DNA of 64,000 nucleotides from Octopus sinensis. Lineage: Eukaryota. The first letter of the stretch is position 1, and every line of letters begins with the position of its first letter. The DNA lies in contig NC_043014.1 in the NCBI RefSeq assembly GCF_006345805.1, positions 21,824,001-21,888,000 on the forward strand, in the 5' to 3' direction. Below, one piece after another: positions 22,254 to 35,113 of the stretch. The notes under the pieces were generated by a model that worked only from the letters and a program-made list of their open reading frames with translations, made no database searches and was not told the DNA's origin. A program made the translations under genes and the position numbers.

Positions 22254-23699
22254 AACAACAACAAGATGAGGACAAATATCCATTGAATGTAAATAATGTA
22301 GTGCTGGTGTGTTTGCGTCCCCGTAACTTGGCAGTTTGACAAAAGAGACTGATAAAGTACGTGCTGGGATCAATTCACTGAACTAAAAATTCAAGACGGT
22401 GCCCCAGCATGGTCACTATCTACTGACTGAAATGAGTAAAGTATTAGAAGTCAATGATTACCAGAGTATGAAAGCAGTTTGAATGATCAATAAAAAGGAT
22501 TACTAGGCTATCAATACAGTAATGGTGATCAAAAAGATGTGTTGTCATATATGTTTAATAACCAATACAATTAATCATGTTGCGAAATTAATAGCGATGT
22601 ATTTAATCTCTCATGGTTGTATTTTCATTAACTTACAATGATAAATTAACTGTATTTAATGACTCGGTTCTAACACACTTGATCTATGATCAAAGGCATT
22701 CCAGATGAGATCATCCTGTCTTGTTCTTTCTTGCTTTTTTTTACATGAACAATATAGTCTGATGTGTCCCTCTTTTTATAAGAGCGTAGAGTCTCATTTC
22801 TTGCAAGTCAAGTGGCCACAAAGATTCCCATGGCTCACTTGTGTGGTTTAATCTACTGCTTTTGAACAAATAGTTCATTTCAGAAGACAGATTTGTCATT
22901 TTCTCGATGTTATCTTTATAGCCATAAATATGCAGTTCATCACAAACTATAATGATGCTCCAACCATAGAAATACTTGACTTGGTTGGGTTATGAAAAAT
23001 CAAAAAAAAGTTTACAATTTCCTGTAAACGCTGTACATTTATATTATTTATATCGACATTATATTTTAATCAGTTTGATCTCCAGTGGTCATCAGGTTCA
23101 TGGACATGTACTCTCTGACTGGATTCAAATTAGGAACTCTAATATAGTTATGCTTTGAGCCACTAAACTACAACTTGTGTTCAAAGTCAATTATTTTATT
23201 TATCATTTTTATAATTATTCCTAATTCTTAATCTGAAAATCGCCAAGAAAAGAAAGTAGAGTGCATCCTTAGTGATGTCTTAGCCTCCAAACAATCGACT
23301 TTCCTGAATGAAAGAGCAGGTTCTCCCAGACAAGTGACTATGATATCAAAAGTATTTCATTTAAATTGTTGGAAGTTGACAACTGCAGACGAGACATGTA
23401 CAAAGAAGGCATTCCTAAAAGCCAACCTTCTGTGAAGGACAGAATAGTAATAAGTGTAGGACTTCAGGTGTTGGACACAACAAGGATGATGAAATGAGTG
23501 ACAAGAAGTCCAAGAATGCCTGAGAAGAAGTAGAATAAGTCTAGCCACCTCTAATCGGCAGAAGTCATTATAGTGGTGGTAAAAAAAAAGGCAGAGATTG
23601 CATGCCTATAGATCAAACATAGGAATGTGTCCATGAGTGATTTTATGATGAATTGTCACGTGACTCTTTTCGGATGTGATCTAGTATCTCTGTGTGTGC

Positions 23700-24460
23700 A
23701 GCTGTTAGGGGGAGCTCAGTAAGTTTTTCAGTATTCAATTACTTCATGAGATCAAAGCGTGAAAGTTTTCAATAGAGTTGAGGAAAATATCCAGGTAAAG
23801 AGGCTTTTTCAGGACCACTCATTTCTCTCCTAAATAGAATTTGTACATTTTGCTGCTGTTGAAATACAGCCTGCATTTTTCAGTCAATATCCAGTTGATA
23901 CTGTACTTTTATTAAAAGCCATATGTGCCTGGCTAGTATTATGAAGTTTTAGCTATTCTGGACCCTAAACAAAGACTTGTGGTTGTTCAGGATCGATCTT
24001 GAAAGAGTTTTCAGTCTCTCCGACATTCTGTTGCACTTGTTCTATCACTCCCACATACCAATACGCTTCCTGTGGGAGTGCTTGAATAAAACCCCTATTT
24101 CATATCAACAATCTCTGTATTACATAGTCATTATTTCTGCATGAGCAACTTGTCTCAGAACTAATTTTGCAACAATTAACTAAAATCTGTTTTACGCACA
24201 CATGTAAAATGACTCTCACTTCTGAGACAGTAAAATGTGATTTGAAGGAGTTTTGCTGCTCTTTCGAATTGGTTGATAACCACATAAAGGCTTCTTCATT
24301 GCTGTTGTCAAGGTGAACATCCAACTGTTCTGATAAACTAGTTGGATGTTGTGAATTCCTAAGCATTTCAGCTGCCAGGTAAACATGCTTAACCCAAAAC
24401 TGCTGCTTTATCAATAAGATCAGCTTCAGGAAGTCATGTTTTTGACAAAAGACAGTCATA
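23700..24460 (-). pseudogene. Highly degenerate probable DNA-transposase fragment, unclassified
   Basis: ORF 24100-24459 has protein-like composition (YLAAEM, EEAFMWL) and frameshifted continuation. Family not identifiable by eye. Confidence 0.25.
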
Positions 24461-24536
24461 TATATATATATTGATAAAAATGGTAAGACAGCAAAAGAAT
24501 GAAAGAGACCTCGATATTATGTAAATAGAGGAATTT

Positions 24537-24683
24537 ATCTGTAAATGTAATATGTGACAATTATTCAGTAGCTGGAGTTTTATCATGGATACCAAATAAT
24601 TGTCACATATTACATTTACAGATATATATATATATATATATATCTGTAAATGTAATATGTGACAATTATTCGGTATCCATGAT
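24537..24683. repeat. A / inverted A / (TA)n / A fold-back repeat
   Basis: atctgtaaatgtaatatgtgacaattatt at 24537 and 24642, with its reverse complement at ~24594-24623. Confidence 0.85.
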
Positions 24684-26039
24684 CATTGAGAAATAGTCAC
24701 TCATTCTAGTCTCAACACATACCTGCACAATAGATACAAGAACATTCAGAAACCTTTGTGGAGCAGATACTGACATCAGATGGACTAGATGCACTAATTT
24801 AGTCTCATTGTCTATGTTTTAAAACTATGATGTGAATGCTTCTCCATTTCTGGTAGAAGAAACACATGCTTAGTGACCATCATGGTCACTGCATCTTCTC
24901 AGCTTTTGTCTACATCATTATGATTAAGTTTAGCCAAATTATTTTCCTAGAGAAAAACCCTCTCATTCGTTCTAGCTAACTGTTACCTCTTCATATCACC
25001 CAAGTTTTACAAGCCAATAGGATAATATTTATGTGGTTGCTTGACCAGGATGAAATAGCAACCAAATCTTTTAAATCATATCTTAGTGTTTGGAAAAGAG
25101 ACTACTTCAGTGTACATATGGAAAGGCTTGAATGCCTTTGAACATAGGTTTTCTTTGTCAGTGCCACTCTGAGGTTAGACACAGCAACAACAGCAACAGT
25201 AACACCATTTTAAATGTATTACATCAAATTTCGAAGTGGATGGCTCTATGAAAGAGACATGAATCTCGTAAGTAAACATAAGTAAACTTCCTGAGTTCTC
25301 TTTTATTCTGGAAACTTTTATAATGTATCCAACATCTTTTAGTAAAAGCTCGAACAACAACACCCATGCAACCACAACATAACTATATTTCCACTGACTG
25401 AAAGCAAAAATCATGTAGTGCCAGATAATAAGTTCACCACAAACCACAACCATGTCCTTAAACATCTTCCCATCCAATCCACCATGACGCAAACCCACAA
25501 CTACAATCTTTCATGTGGTACCCACAGAACGATGGTGAAAGAGTTAGTAGGGTCTGCGATGTGAAGACTCGTTTTTTGGCTCCTTTACATAGGGATTCAT
25601 AGAGGGAGTGGGATGGTGGGAAACTCGAAACTAGTATTTGACAGATACTTGTATTAATCAACCCTGAAGTGATAATTGGCAAAGTTGACATTAGCGGGAT
25701 TCGAATTCAGATCACAGGGTAGGAACATACACTGTAACCCTGCCTTTCACCACTACACTAAACCAATACAGCACCCATTAAGTCAAAATATTACACTACC
25801 ATCACCTATTTCTACAACTACCATTAACCACCACTACTATTACTTCTACTATCTGAAATAAAGTAGAGACAGTCACAGCTATAATGCCTTTGATTATAGG
25901 CCAGACTCAATGGGGTCTTAATAATTAATACTAAGATCAACAAAACTGTAACAGCAGTACTAAATATACACACACTATTACCACCACCAACACCACTGAA
26001 AACATGAACAAGGAACCAACAATGAAACTTCTACCTATT

Positions 26040-26600
26040 CACTTGGCCTGTTAGACATAAATACCATTAGACCTTATTTTCTTAAAAGGGAAGGACACAT
26101 TAGGCAATGTAGTCATAGACATCAAAGTCAGGATGATTACAGTTGAAGTGCCTTTGATCATACATCTGCTAGATTATAGCTGGTCTGGGGCTAAACTACA
26201 ACCACAAGAAGCAGAGAGGGCTTCTTTGTAGATGCTTGACTAGAAACAGCCACCAAATCGCTTTCATATGAACTACCATCTTAAAAAAAGAGCAAGTTGA
26301 GATAATATAAACAGACCATAATTGTAATTTTTTTTTAATGGGCAGGATGGTCATGGCTGGTTTACTTTTTTGATCATAAGCTTGCTCAATCAGGGTGCAC
26401 TTGTGCTAAACAAGGAGCCTTTACGTGGTCACTCAAATTGCTTCAAACAGCAGTCAAATATCCTTAAATTCACACCTTAATGTTAAAAGTGTTTTCAGTT
26501 CTATTTACATTGGCTGAAAAAAAGCGAAATGGTCATGAATGAAATGTCTTTCAATCACAGACCTGCTTGACCGGGACTGACTTGGAACTAAACAACAATA
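26040..26600 (+). repeat. Three diverged ~190-bp tandem copies of an interspersed repeat
   Basis: ggatggtcatggctg..tttgatcata..ctgct..ggctaaac-type motif three times. Relatives near 4250-5020, 22660-22830 and 25030-25170. Confidence 0.55.
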
Positions 26601-27191
26601 AACTCATTAAGGTGATAACTGATTACAATTAGTATTTCCTACCTTTATATGAAGATAGATAGCCAGTTAGCAACAACACCTGAACAGGTTTCTACCAGTC
26701 GCACCTTTGTTCTTTAAAAAAACCACTAACAGTGTAATAATATATGACTGCTATGGGATGTTTTACTAAACAAAACGATGAAAGATCACCATATTGATTA
26801 CTCTTGACATAACAGGAACCAACACATTAACTACCTTTCCACAATAGTTTGTCTTCAAGCTTGGGAAATATGGAAATATCTGAGGTTGCTGTCCATTGTA
26901 CTTGCTTTCTTTCATGGGATGCATGTTATTGTATTACAGCTGAGAAATTATAGCAGTAAGTTAGGAACCAAGAGTCACTGATGTAACTTTGCAGTTGTAG
27001 TCATTCATTCATATCTACGGTTATCTGTCTGTTTCCATGATATAAAGATTACCTTTATATATATATACAAAATAAGGGCAAAAGAAAAATTATAAGGCCA
27101 GATATGCCGAAAAAAAGACAAAAATTGTCAATAACCATTATAATTTATGCGTCTCGAAACAAACCGATAGAAATTTCTAAAAAATCCGTTA

Positions 27192-27252
27192 TTACCGTAT
27201 TGGTCCCAATTTCGGGGTTAATTCATAAGAATTTTCCCCTCTTCAGCGATAA
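27192..27252 (-). ncRNA. Type-I hammerhead ribozyme, intact core
   Basis: ttatcg-CTGAAGA-gggg[18 nt]cccc-GAAA-ttgg(ga)ccaa-TA-cggtaa: all three stems pair, AUA triplet. Confidence 0.8.
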
Positions 27253-27504
27253 ATACGGGGGATATTAGTGAAATACTTACTCATACCCATGGAAAAATTC
27301 AAGCACTAAGTACCCCAAATATATCCAAAATAGAAAAACTTTGGCACATCTCGAGACACGTGTGATTCGAACTAGAAACTTTCACAGAGTGAGAGAATCC
27401 GGAAGTGAACACTATTCAATTTATAACTAATGTAGGATAAAAAATTTTTCGGGAAAATATATATATATATACTTTATTTAAAGCAGCAGAAAATTCAACA
27501 AAAT

Positions 27505-27542
27505 CTGTTACTCTGAGTTTCTCGTTGCCGTTCATCAGACAG
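27505..27542 (-). ncRNA. Minimal hammerhead ribozyme, left arm of palindrome
   Basis: ctgt-CTGATGA-acg[gcaa]cga-GAAA-ctc(a)gag-TA-acag. Confidence 0.7.
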
Positions 27543-27558
27543 TTTTTGCTAGCAAAAA

Positions 27559-27596
27559 CTGTCTGATGAACGACAACGAGAAACTCAGAGTAACAG
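27559..27596 (+). ncRNA. Minimal hammerhead ribozyme, right arm of palindrome
   Basis: ctgt-CTGATGA-acg[acaa]cga-GAAA-ctc(a)gag-TA-acag. Confidence 0.7.
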
Positions 27597-27698
27597 ATTT
27601 TGCTGAATTTTCTGCTGCTTTAAATAAAGCATATTACTCTACCACTGGTATTTGAGTACTCTTTTTTCCACCTTGTTTCACATTTATGTGTTTACTCC

Positions 27699-27735
<37 letters not shown>

Positions 27736-27766
27736 GAATAAGTAACAACAGATAGATGACGTGTCA

Positions 27767-27852
27767 ATTCACTACAGCTGTTTCCAACGAAATTTTAATT
27801 TATGAATGGAGACATTACTTCATTAGAAAAAAAACGTTTTTATCAGGTGAAT
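27767..27852 (-). ncRNA. Hammerhead motif with mutated core, in left arm of inverted repeat 27737-27993
   Basis: attcac-CTGATAA-a-aacg[long loop]cgtt-g-GAAA-CAGCTG-TA-gtgaat. The right arm carries only the GAAA half. Confidence 0.6.
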
Positions 27853-28659
27853 ACATGAACCATAACATTTAAAAACATTCAAAATCCAACTAGTTTTTTT
27901 TTCTAATGATGTAATGTCTTTATTAATCAATTAAAAATTTGTTGGAAACAGTTGTAGTGAATTGACACATCATCCATCTGTTGTTAGTTATTATATTATT
28001 ATATATGTTTTGTAGTTTTAATTTTGGTTAAGAAATGAAACAATTGTAGATGAAGATGTTAATTAATTACTTAATTTGACCCATTAGATCTCTCCATTTT
28101 CAAACTTAATAATATTTGATATTTTATATAATATATTCATTGAGAAATATCTCTTCAAAATACAATATATTGAACCAGTGTATCTCTTATTAGAATCTTG
28201 AATAAAAATATCCCTATAAGAGGTCTAAATATCTTCATAGTGATCATACACACACACACATATATATATATCAGTCTTCCTACCATCAGTTCAGTAATCA
28301 GAGAAAGAACATATTCTTTTCTTTTATTTGTTTACTCATTTCAGTCATTTGACTGCGGCCATGCTGGAGCACCGCCTTTAGTCAAGCAAATTGACTCCAG
28401 GGCTTATTCTTTGTAAGCCTAGTACTTATTGTGTTGGTCTCTTTTGCCGAACCCCTAAGTTATGGGGACATAAACACACCAGCATCAGTTGTCAAACGAT
28501 GTTGGGGGGACAAATACAGACACACAAACACACACACACACATATATATATGAGGACATTTCTAGAAAAACAAGGATGAAATAGCCAATAATCTCATTCT
28601 CTTGAAATCCACACATGAACATACAAATATTGGCTGACTAAAAAGAGCTTAGGAAGCAA

Positions 28660-28900
28660 GGCACCACATAAAAAGTATTGGTGTGGGTGCTGGCACCATG
28701 GGAAAAGCACTGGTGATGGTGCCACATAAAAAGCACCAGTACACTCTGTAAAGTGGTTAGCATTAGGAAGGTATCCAGCAATAGAAATCAAGCCAAAACT
28801 CTGTGTGACCTGATGTGGGGCCCTGGCCTTGCCAGTTACTGTCAAGTCATCCAGCCCATGCCAGCATGGAAAACGGACATTAAACATTGATGATCATGAT
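28660..28900 (+). mobile_element. Old RTE 3'UTR fragment
   Basis: ttaggaagg.atccagc and cccatgccagcatggaaaacggacattaaa plus (GAT)n tail. Similar old fragments near 55005-55230 (-), 57860-58230, 61555-61710 and 62060-62300. Confidence 0.7.
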
Positions 28901-30310
28901 ATTTATCAACTTGTAAAATACCCAGTGTCTTCTATGAGGATGTGAAGACTATTAAAGATCAGAACATCTGATATGGAAGAATTGCATTGGTTCAGGAAAG
29001 TTACCAAAGTGAGAGAGAGAGTAGTAACCTTGTTTGAAACAGTCATTTTAAAACGTCCTTGACATCTGGTATAAAATGAAAGTGATGTAGCAGACAACCA
29101 TATCCTATAGATTGAATGGAAAACAAAACAGTTTTCACTATATGCAATACTTTCAGTCAAGTTTGTTCTACTTTTGAACAAAATCTGCCAAAATTATCTG
29201 CATCTTTACTACTGCAAGCCAACCAGCCATGCTTCATAGGCATGTTACCAGAACAGTTATGAATTGAAATTAAATCAATATGACCAACACCTCTAAGTCT
29301 AACTATATATGCAATGAAATACTGAATCATTATATCACATATGTTAATTTTCCCAATTAATCATGGCTTTCTAATGTTACTCTACATTCCAGTTTTAAGT
29401 TTTTTGTTAATACAAATTCAAATGCAGTCATACAGTCATATACAATATACTGACTATTTTTTTGAATTTCAATTTACTGTCATCAAAGAATATATTCTTA
29501 CTTACTGATGTTTCCTTACAATTTTTAACATCACCAATATCTACCATCTACATGAGTCTGCCTTGGTCCATTAATTTCATCAGTACATGTATCATATACT
29601 CACTGTGAAAACAAACAAACTGAATGTCTTCAAAACATATTATGTATGGTATTAATGCATACAAAAATCCAATAAAATAGTTATGAACTCAGCTTAATTA
29701 ATCTTAGTAGTTATTTTTGTAAAATGCTTATATTTGTATACTGTATGCATGGATACATACATGCATACATACATACATATATATAGACAAATGCATATAG
29801 AAATGCTGATCACTTAAGGTGGATGGAACATGTGGAAGAAGAAGACAAGGGACAAAGTATTGAAGGCCATTCTCAAGACACTAAGCCTTACAAAGGACCA
29901 AGATATCTGGTGCCTTGTTGTACTCAAGAAGACTTGTCCACTACAGCAGAATTGATACTGGTGCTGATGCCATGTATAAAGCATTGGTGATAGTAAAAAG
30001 AAGGAATGTAGGTAGTATGATAGTAGTAGGGTGTTAAATTGTCAAGTGACCTAAAAGTGGTTTGTTATGGATTATAGCAGTGATTGGGACTGTTTTTTAA
30101 TGAATTCTTTGGAATCTCTTGAGTGCATCATTTTTAATATTTACATGTGTTTGTGTTATTCTAAGGCCGTGGTGGATATGTTGTTCGTAGACACGTTCAA
30201 AAGGGGTCTGTATTTTGTAATAAAGAGAGTCTCTTTATAAATTCATTGGCTACAGGTTGTATTGTCCTTGAATTGGTAGAGGGGGAAAATTCTGAAGCTT
30301 GGATTTTTGT

Positions 30311-30360
<50 letters not shown>

Positions 30361-31855
30361 CATATATACACACACATGTGCATATATGGCTACAGGACAC
30401 CACCAACAGTAAACAACATGAAATATGAAAACAAATGAGTTCAATACACAAACAATGAGAGAAACAAATGGAAAACAGGACAAGTAACATAAAGAATGAT
30501 CTTTCATCAGTTGCCAGCTGTCTATCTACTCCTCATTTCTATCATTGAACGACAATATGAGTCTTCAAAGACAGTTACTCCCATAAGTACCAAAATAAAT
30601 TTGAGATTTATGGAGGGTCAAAGTTGGGAACAAAAACAGGACAATGGAGACATACAAGGAAACCAAACAAAAACAAACATAGAGAGTCGTTAGACCAGAA
30701 CGAGGATAAAATAGCAAACGCTGGAGAAATATTTTCTTTGACAAGAGAAAAGATAGAAGAGAGAGATAGGATACATCCAGTCCTTAGGACAGTCCTGAAG
30801 AAAAAGAAAGATGATTACATGAGGAAAAGAAAGATGGATGATGGTCACGTGTTAATAGCAAATATTCTGCTGAATACCACAGATTCACTTGTCAATTGCT
30901 TGACCTTAAGCACTTGAGCATGTCCCCTTGTGGCTGACAATATGTGCATCTCTGATCATGAGCAGGAGTAGTGGGGGAGCATCATAGCCGTGTGTTGGGA
31001 GAGATTCTTTGGGATTTGAATAAATGTAACAAAAGCAAAGTTTGAAAGAAATATTAGCCATTTTTCATAGTTTCTAGGGGTGAGCAAATAGAAATAATAG
31101 TTGCTACCCAAGGACAAAAATTATGGAATACTGTTTACACACGGATCTGTACTAGGTTTTTTAAGCTTCCATTTACCAATTCCTCTCACAAGGCATTGCT
31201 CAGCCTGAGACTATACCAAAACACAATTGCCCTAATGCTATGCTGTGGGATTGAACCAGGAACCACATGGTTTTAAAATAAATTTCATAACCACACACCT
31301 GTGTCTGAGCTTCACAAACACATAAACACGCAAACATATAATTGTATAATTATATAGAAACAACATTCCTGTTAGACTTATACATTTATTTGTATGACTG
31401 GGTTCTAGTTTTCATTTGTTTATCATGTTTTTTTCAATATACTTTCTAGAGTCCCTAAATGCATTGTCAATGTTTCCAGATCTTCATAGTGTTATCAATA
31501 TTTATTAGGTGTAGGGAATAAGTTGATTACATCAACCCTAGTGTTCAAGTGGTACTTACTTTATCAAGTCTGAAAAGATAAAACACAAAGTCGACCTTAG
31601 TGGAATTTGAACTCAGAACATAAAGACAGACGAAATGCCACAAAGTATTTTGCCCTATGTGCTAATGATTCTGCCAGCTCTTTACCTTGCAATGAAGTAA
31701 TACTGATTTCAAATTTTGGCACAGGACCAGCAAGTTTGGGGAAGGAGTTAAGTCAATTACATCAATCCCAGTTTTCAACAGGTACTTATTTTATTGACCC
31801 CAAAAGGATGAAAGGCAAAGTTGACGAAATACCACTAAGCATTTTGCACAGTATA

Positions 31856-32245
31856 GGCGCAGGAGTGGCTGTGTGGTAAGTAACTTGCTTACCAACCACA
31901 TGGTTCTGGGTTCATTTCCACTGATTGGCACCTTGGGCAAGTGTCTTCTACTATAGCCTCAGGCCGACCAAAGCCTTGTGAGTGGATTTGGTAGTCGGAA
32001 ACTGAAAGAAGCCCATCGTATATATGTATGTGTGTGTATATGTTTGTGTGTCTGTGTTTGTCCTCCCAACATCACTTGACAACCGATGGCGGTGTGTTTA
32101 CATCCCCGTAACTTAGCGGTTCGGCAAAAGAGACCAATAGAATAAGTACTAGGCTTCCAAAGAATAAGTCCTGGGGTTGATTTGCTTAACAAAAGGTGGT
32201 GCTCCAGCATGGCTGCAGTCAAATGACTGAAACAAGTAAAAGAGT
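31856..32245 (+). mobile_element. SINE family A, full length
   Basis: Head ggcgcaggagtggctgtgtggtaag, core, (TG)n and tail gctccagcatggctgcagtcaaatgactgaaacaagtaaaagag. Confidence 0.9.
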
Positions 32246-32619
32246 ATGCTAATGATTCTACCAGCTCGTTGCCTATCAATGAAACAATATTAGTGTGTGT
32301 TGCTGTTTCTTTATAGCAGGCAGAGTAATTGTGATTGGCATTGACTACAATAAAGACTATAAAAATCAATAAGATTTACTGCCTGAATTTGAATTTTGAC
32401 CACCAGATTTATATGTCTTCAGCCAGGTGTTTGTTTCTATTTGTGGTTGTGTGTGTTGTTTGTGTGTTTATTTTAGCATTGTGTTGTACTATGAGCATTG
32501 TTCCTACTATTAATCATTCAGTTTTGCAAGGAATTCTATACAGGATAATAGTGTTCATCAATAATGTTGGCTTTTCTAGTTTTGTTTTAGGTCATGCTGT
32601 AAATGCATGGTGGACCAGG

Positions 32620-32950
32620 GGGAGTGTATCACATGGCTTAGTGGTTTGGGCATTCGGCTCACATTCATAAGGTCTTCAGTTCAATTCCAGGCAGTACATT
32701 GTCTCTTTGAGAAAGGCACTTTATTTCATATTGCTCCAGTCCATTTACCTGGCAAAAATGAGTAATATCTGTATTCCAAAGGGCCAGCTTTGTCACCCTC
32801 TGTGCCATGCTGGATCTCCCTGAGAACTGCTATATTAAGGGTATGTATGTCTGTGGAGTGCTCAGCCACATGCACACAAATTTCACAAGCAGGCTGTTCC
32901 GTTGATCGGATCAACAAAAATCCTTATCATTCTAACCAATGGAGTGTCAG
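32620..32950 (+). mobile_element. tRNA-headed SINE, family C
   Basis: A box tggcttagtgg, B-box-like gttcaattcc, core gcactttatttcatattgctccagtcc. Related inverted copy near 51600-51810. Confidence 0.6.
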
Positions 32951-33087
32951 TATCATATGTGTCTAGCCAATATAAAAGTTGGAGTTTAACTGGCTTTCTT
33001 TCATGCTCATGATCTAATTCAATCTAATTTAAAAATCACATCAGTCATTAGTAGTTTGTTCTTGAATTTACACACATATGGTTTGTT

Positions 33088-33475
33088 ACTCTTTACTCTT
33101 TTACTTGTTTCAGTCATTTAACTGTGGCCATGCTGGAGCACCACCTTTAGTCAAGCAAATCGACCCCTGGACATATTCCTTCTAAGCCTAGTACTTATTC
33201 TACTGATCTTTTTTGCTGAACCACTAAGTTACGGAGACGTAAACACACCAACATCGGTTGTCAAGTGATGTTCGGGGGGACAAACACAGACACACAAACA
33301 CACACATACATATATACGACAGGCTTCTTTCAGTTTCCATCTGCCAAATCCACTCACAAGGCTTTGGTCTGCCCGAGGCTATAGTAGAAGACATTTGCCC
33401 AAGGTGCCACGCAGTGGGACTGAACCCGGAACTATGAATTTGGTAAGCAAGCTACTTACCACACAGCCACTCCTG
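33088..33475 (-). mobile_element. SINE family A, full length
   Basis: Reverse complement of the 31856-32245 copy. Confidence 0.9.
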
Positions 33476-33872
33476 TTATTGATAAAAAATATTTTAAATT
33501 TTAGTGTTTTCGCCATATTTATCTATATTTGCCATATTTATGCTTTGTGCAAGGCTTTTCTGTTCTGTTTAATGAAGTTTTAATAACGTGTTCATCTAGC
33601 TTATGATTGATCTTCCTTTTTAATTTGTTATCTATTACTTGTTTCAGTCTAAAGACTGAAACATGCTGGGACTCTGACTCAAAAAATTTTAGTCAAGTGG
33701 ATTAACCCTAGTACTTACTTTTGTTTTAAGCCTGGTACTTATTCAATTGGTCTCTTTTTGATGAACTGCTAAGTTATAAGAATGTAAACACACCAACACT
33801 GGTTATCAAGCAGTGGTGACAGGTCAAACACACATATGCACATATATATACATGTATATATATACACACACA

Positions 33873-35113
33873 CACATGTTAGAAGTAAATAGACACCCCA
33901 TAAAACATCGTTTTCTGTTTATTTTATCTTGTAAAGGTTTATATTTCTTATTAATTGACATTTTTATGTTTCAGATTCAATATGTGACTGTTTAATCATG
34001 CCACATACAAAAGAAGCCTTGGAACTGTCTGAATTTCAAAGAGGCCGTATTGTGAGTCATTCTGAAGGTGGATATAGTCAGCATAAAATCGCAGAAAACC
34101 TTGGGATCCCACTTTCTACAGTTAATAGAGTGATTGTGCAATTCACCAGAGAAGGGAAGGAGTCCACATCACCTTGTCCAGATCAACCAGGGCCCTCTGA
34201 CAGAACCCTTCTCTTTGCTAAGAGAAGTGTGGAGGATAATCCTTGTTGCAAGACCTCTGACATAACAGAGCAAGTTGATGTCAGTCCCAGAACAGCTGTC
34301 AGGTATCTCCACAAACTTGGTTATTATGGCATAGCAGGAAGAAGGAAGCCACATCTTTGACCAGCCAATATAAAGCGGAGAAAAGATTTAGCCAGTGAGA
34401 TGGTGGAAAGGCCATTAGCATTTTGGGACACTGTTATATTCTCTGATGAATCCAGATTTGCTGTATTTCCTAACAGTGGTTGAGTGTGGGTCTGAAGACA
34501 CTGTGATCAAGAATTTGATGTGAAAAGATTGCAGCCAGCAATGAAACACAGCAGCTATTCTATGATGGTCTGGGGAACAATTTGGAGCAATGGTTGATCA
34601 GAGCTGGTGGGGTGTGAGGGAAAGATAAACTCAAATAAATATGCGTCCATATTGCAGGAAGTCCAAACTTCTCCAGTGGTGAAATGATTAAAGAAGACTC
34701 TCTATTTATGGAAGATGGCATTCCTTGTCACACGATTAAAATGACCCAAGATTTGTTGGAAAAGAATAGCATTAGAAAGCTTCCATGGCCAAGCCAGCCA
34801 CCAGATATGAACCCTATAGAACACCTCTGGGGCATAATGGTCAGGACATTACATAAACAGAACAAGGAAGCATCTTCAAAGCCAGATCTTTTGAGATTAT
34901 TGTATGAAACTTAGCAAGAAATTCCACAAGAGAATATTCACCATCTGATCAGTGACATGCCTAATAGGACCCTTGCATTGAAAAATGCAAAGAGCATGTC
35001 TACTAAATATCAAATGTTCACATTATAGCACCTAACAAATAATATAAATGTATAATTTCAGATTTAAATAAATTTTAATGATTATAAGGGTGTCTATTTA
35101 CTTCTTTAATGTG
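33873..35113 (+). mobile_element. Full-length decayed Tc1 (DD34E) transposon
   Basis: TIR core AGAAGTAAATAGACACCC at 33881-33898 and inverted at 35088-35105. [28 protein letters not shown]...PDMNPIE with 34 residues between D and E. In-frame stops. Confidence 0.92.

Larger units (their letters stand above)
19151..22298. mobile_element. Penelope-like element with inverted terminal repeats, inserted in a family-A SINE
   Basis: RT on + at 19826-20419 (YRQKEGLAMGS...ANIYMEYFE...YVDDTF). Endonuclease-region C-terminus (KSGIAD..W...RKLKEA) plus terminal repeat on - at ~19170-19710. The same terminus is on + at ~22027-22297. Flanks tagtactgctgt / tagtgctggtgt (10/12) are a probable TSD splitting the SINE. 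Confidence 0.9.
27472..27629. repeat. Near-perfect 158-bp palindrome between (TA)n tracts
   Basis: 79-bp arms centred on gct|agc (27550/27551), about 2 mismatches. The element continues to 27700 and then (TA)n. Confidence 0.95.

Noticed and set aside
30500-30576. Hammerhead-like pieces on - (TTGAAGA, GAAA, CTGATGA)
   Set aside because: Stems I and III cannot be paired in register.
31856-31935. tRNA genes (also other SINE heads and 19372-19445)
   Set aside because: No complete cloverleaf or acceptor stem, and they continue into repeat bodies.
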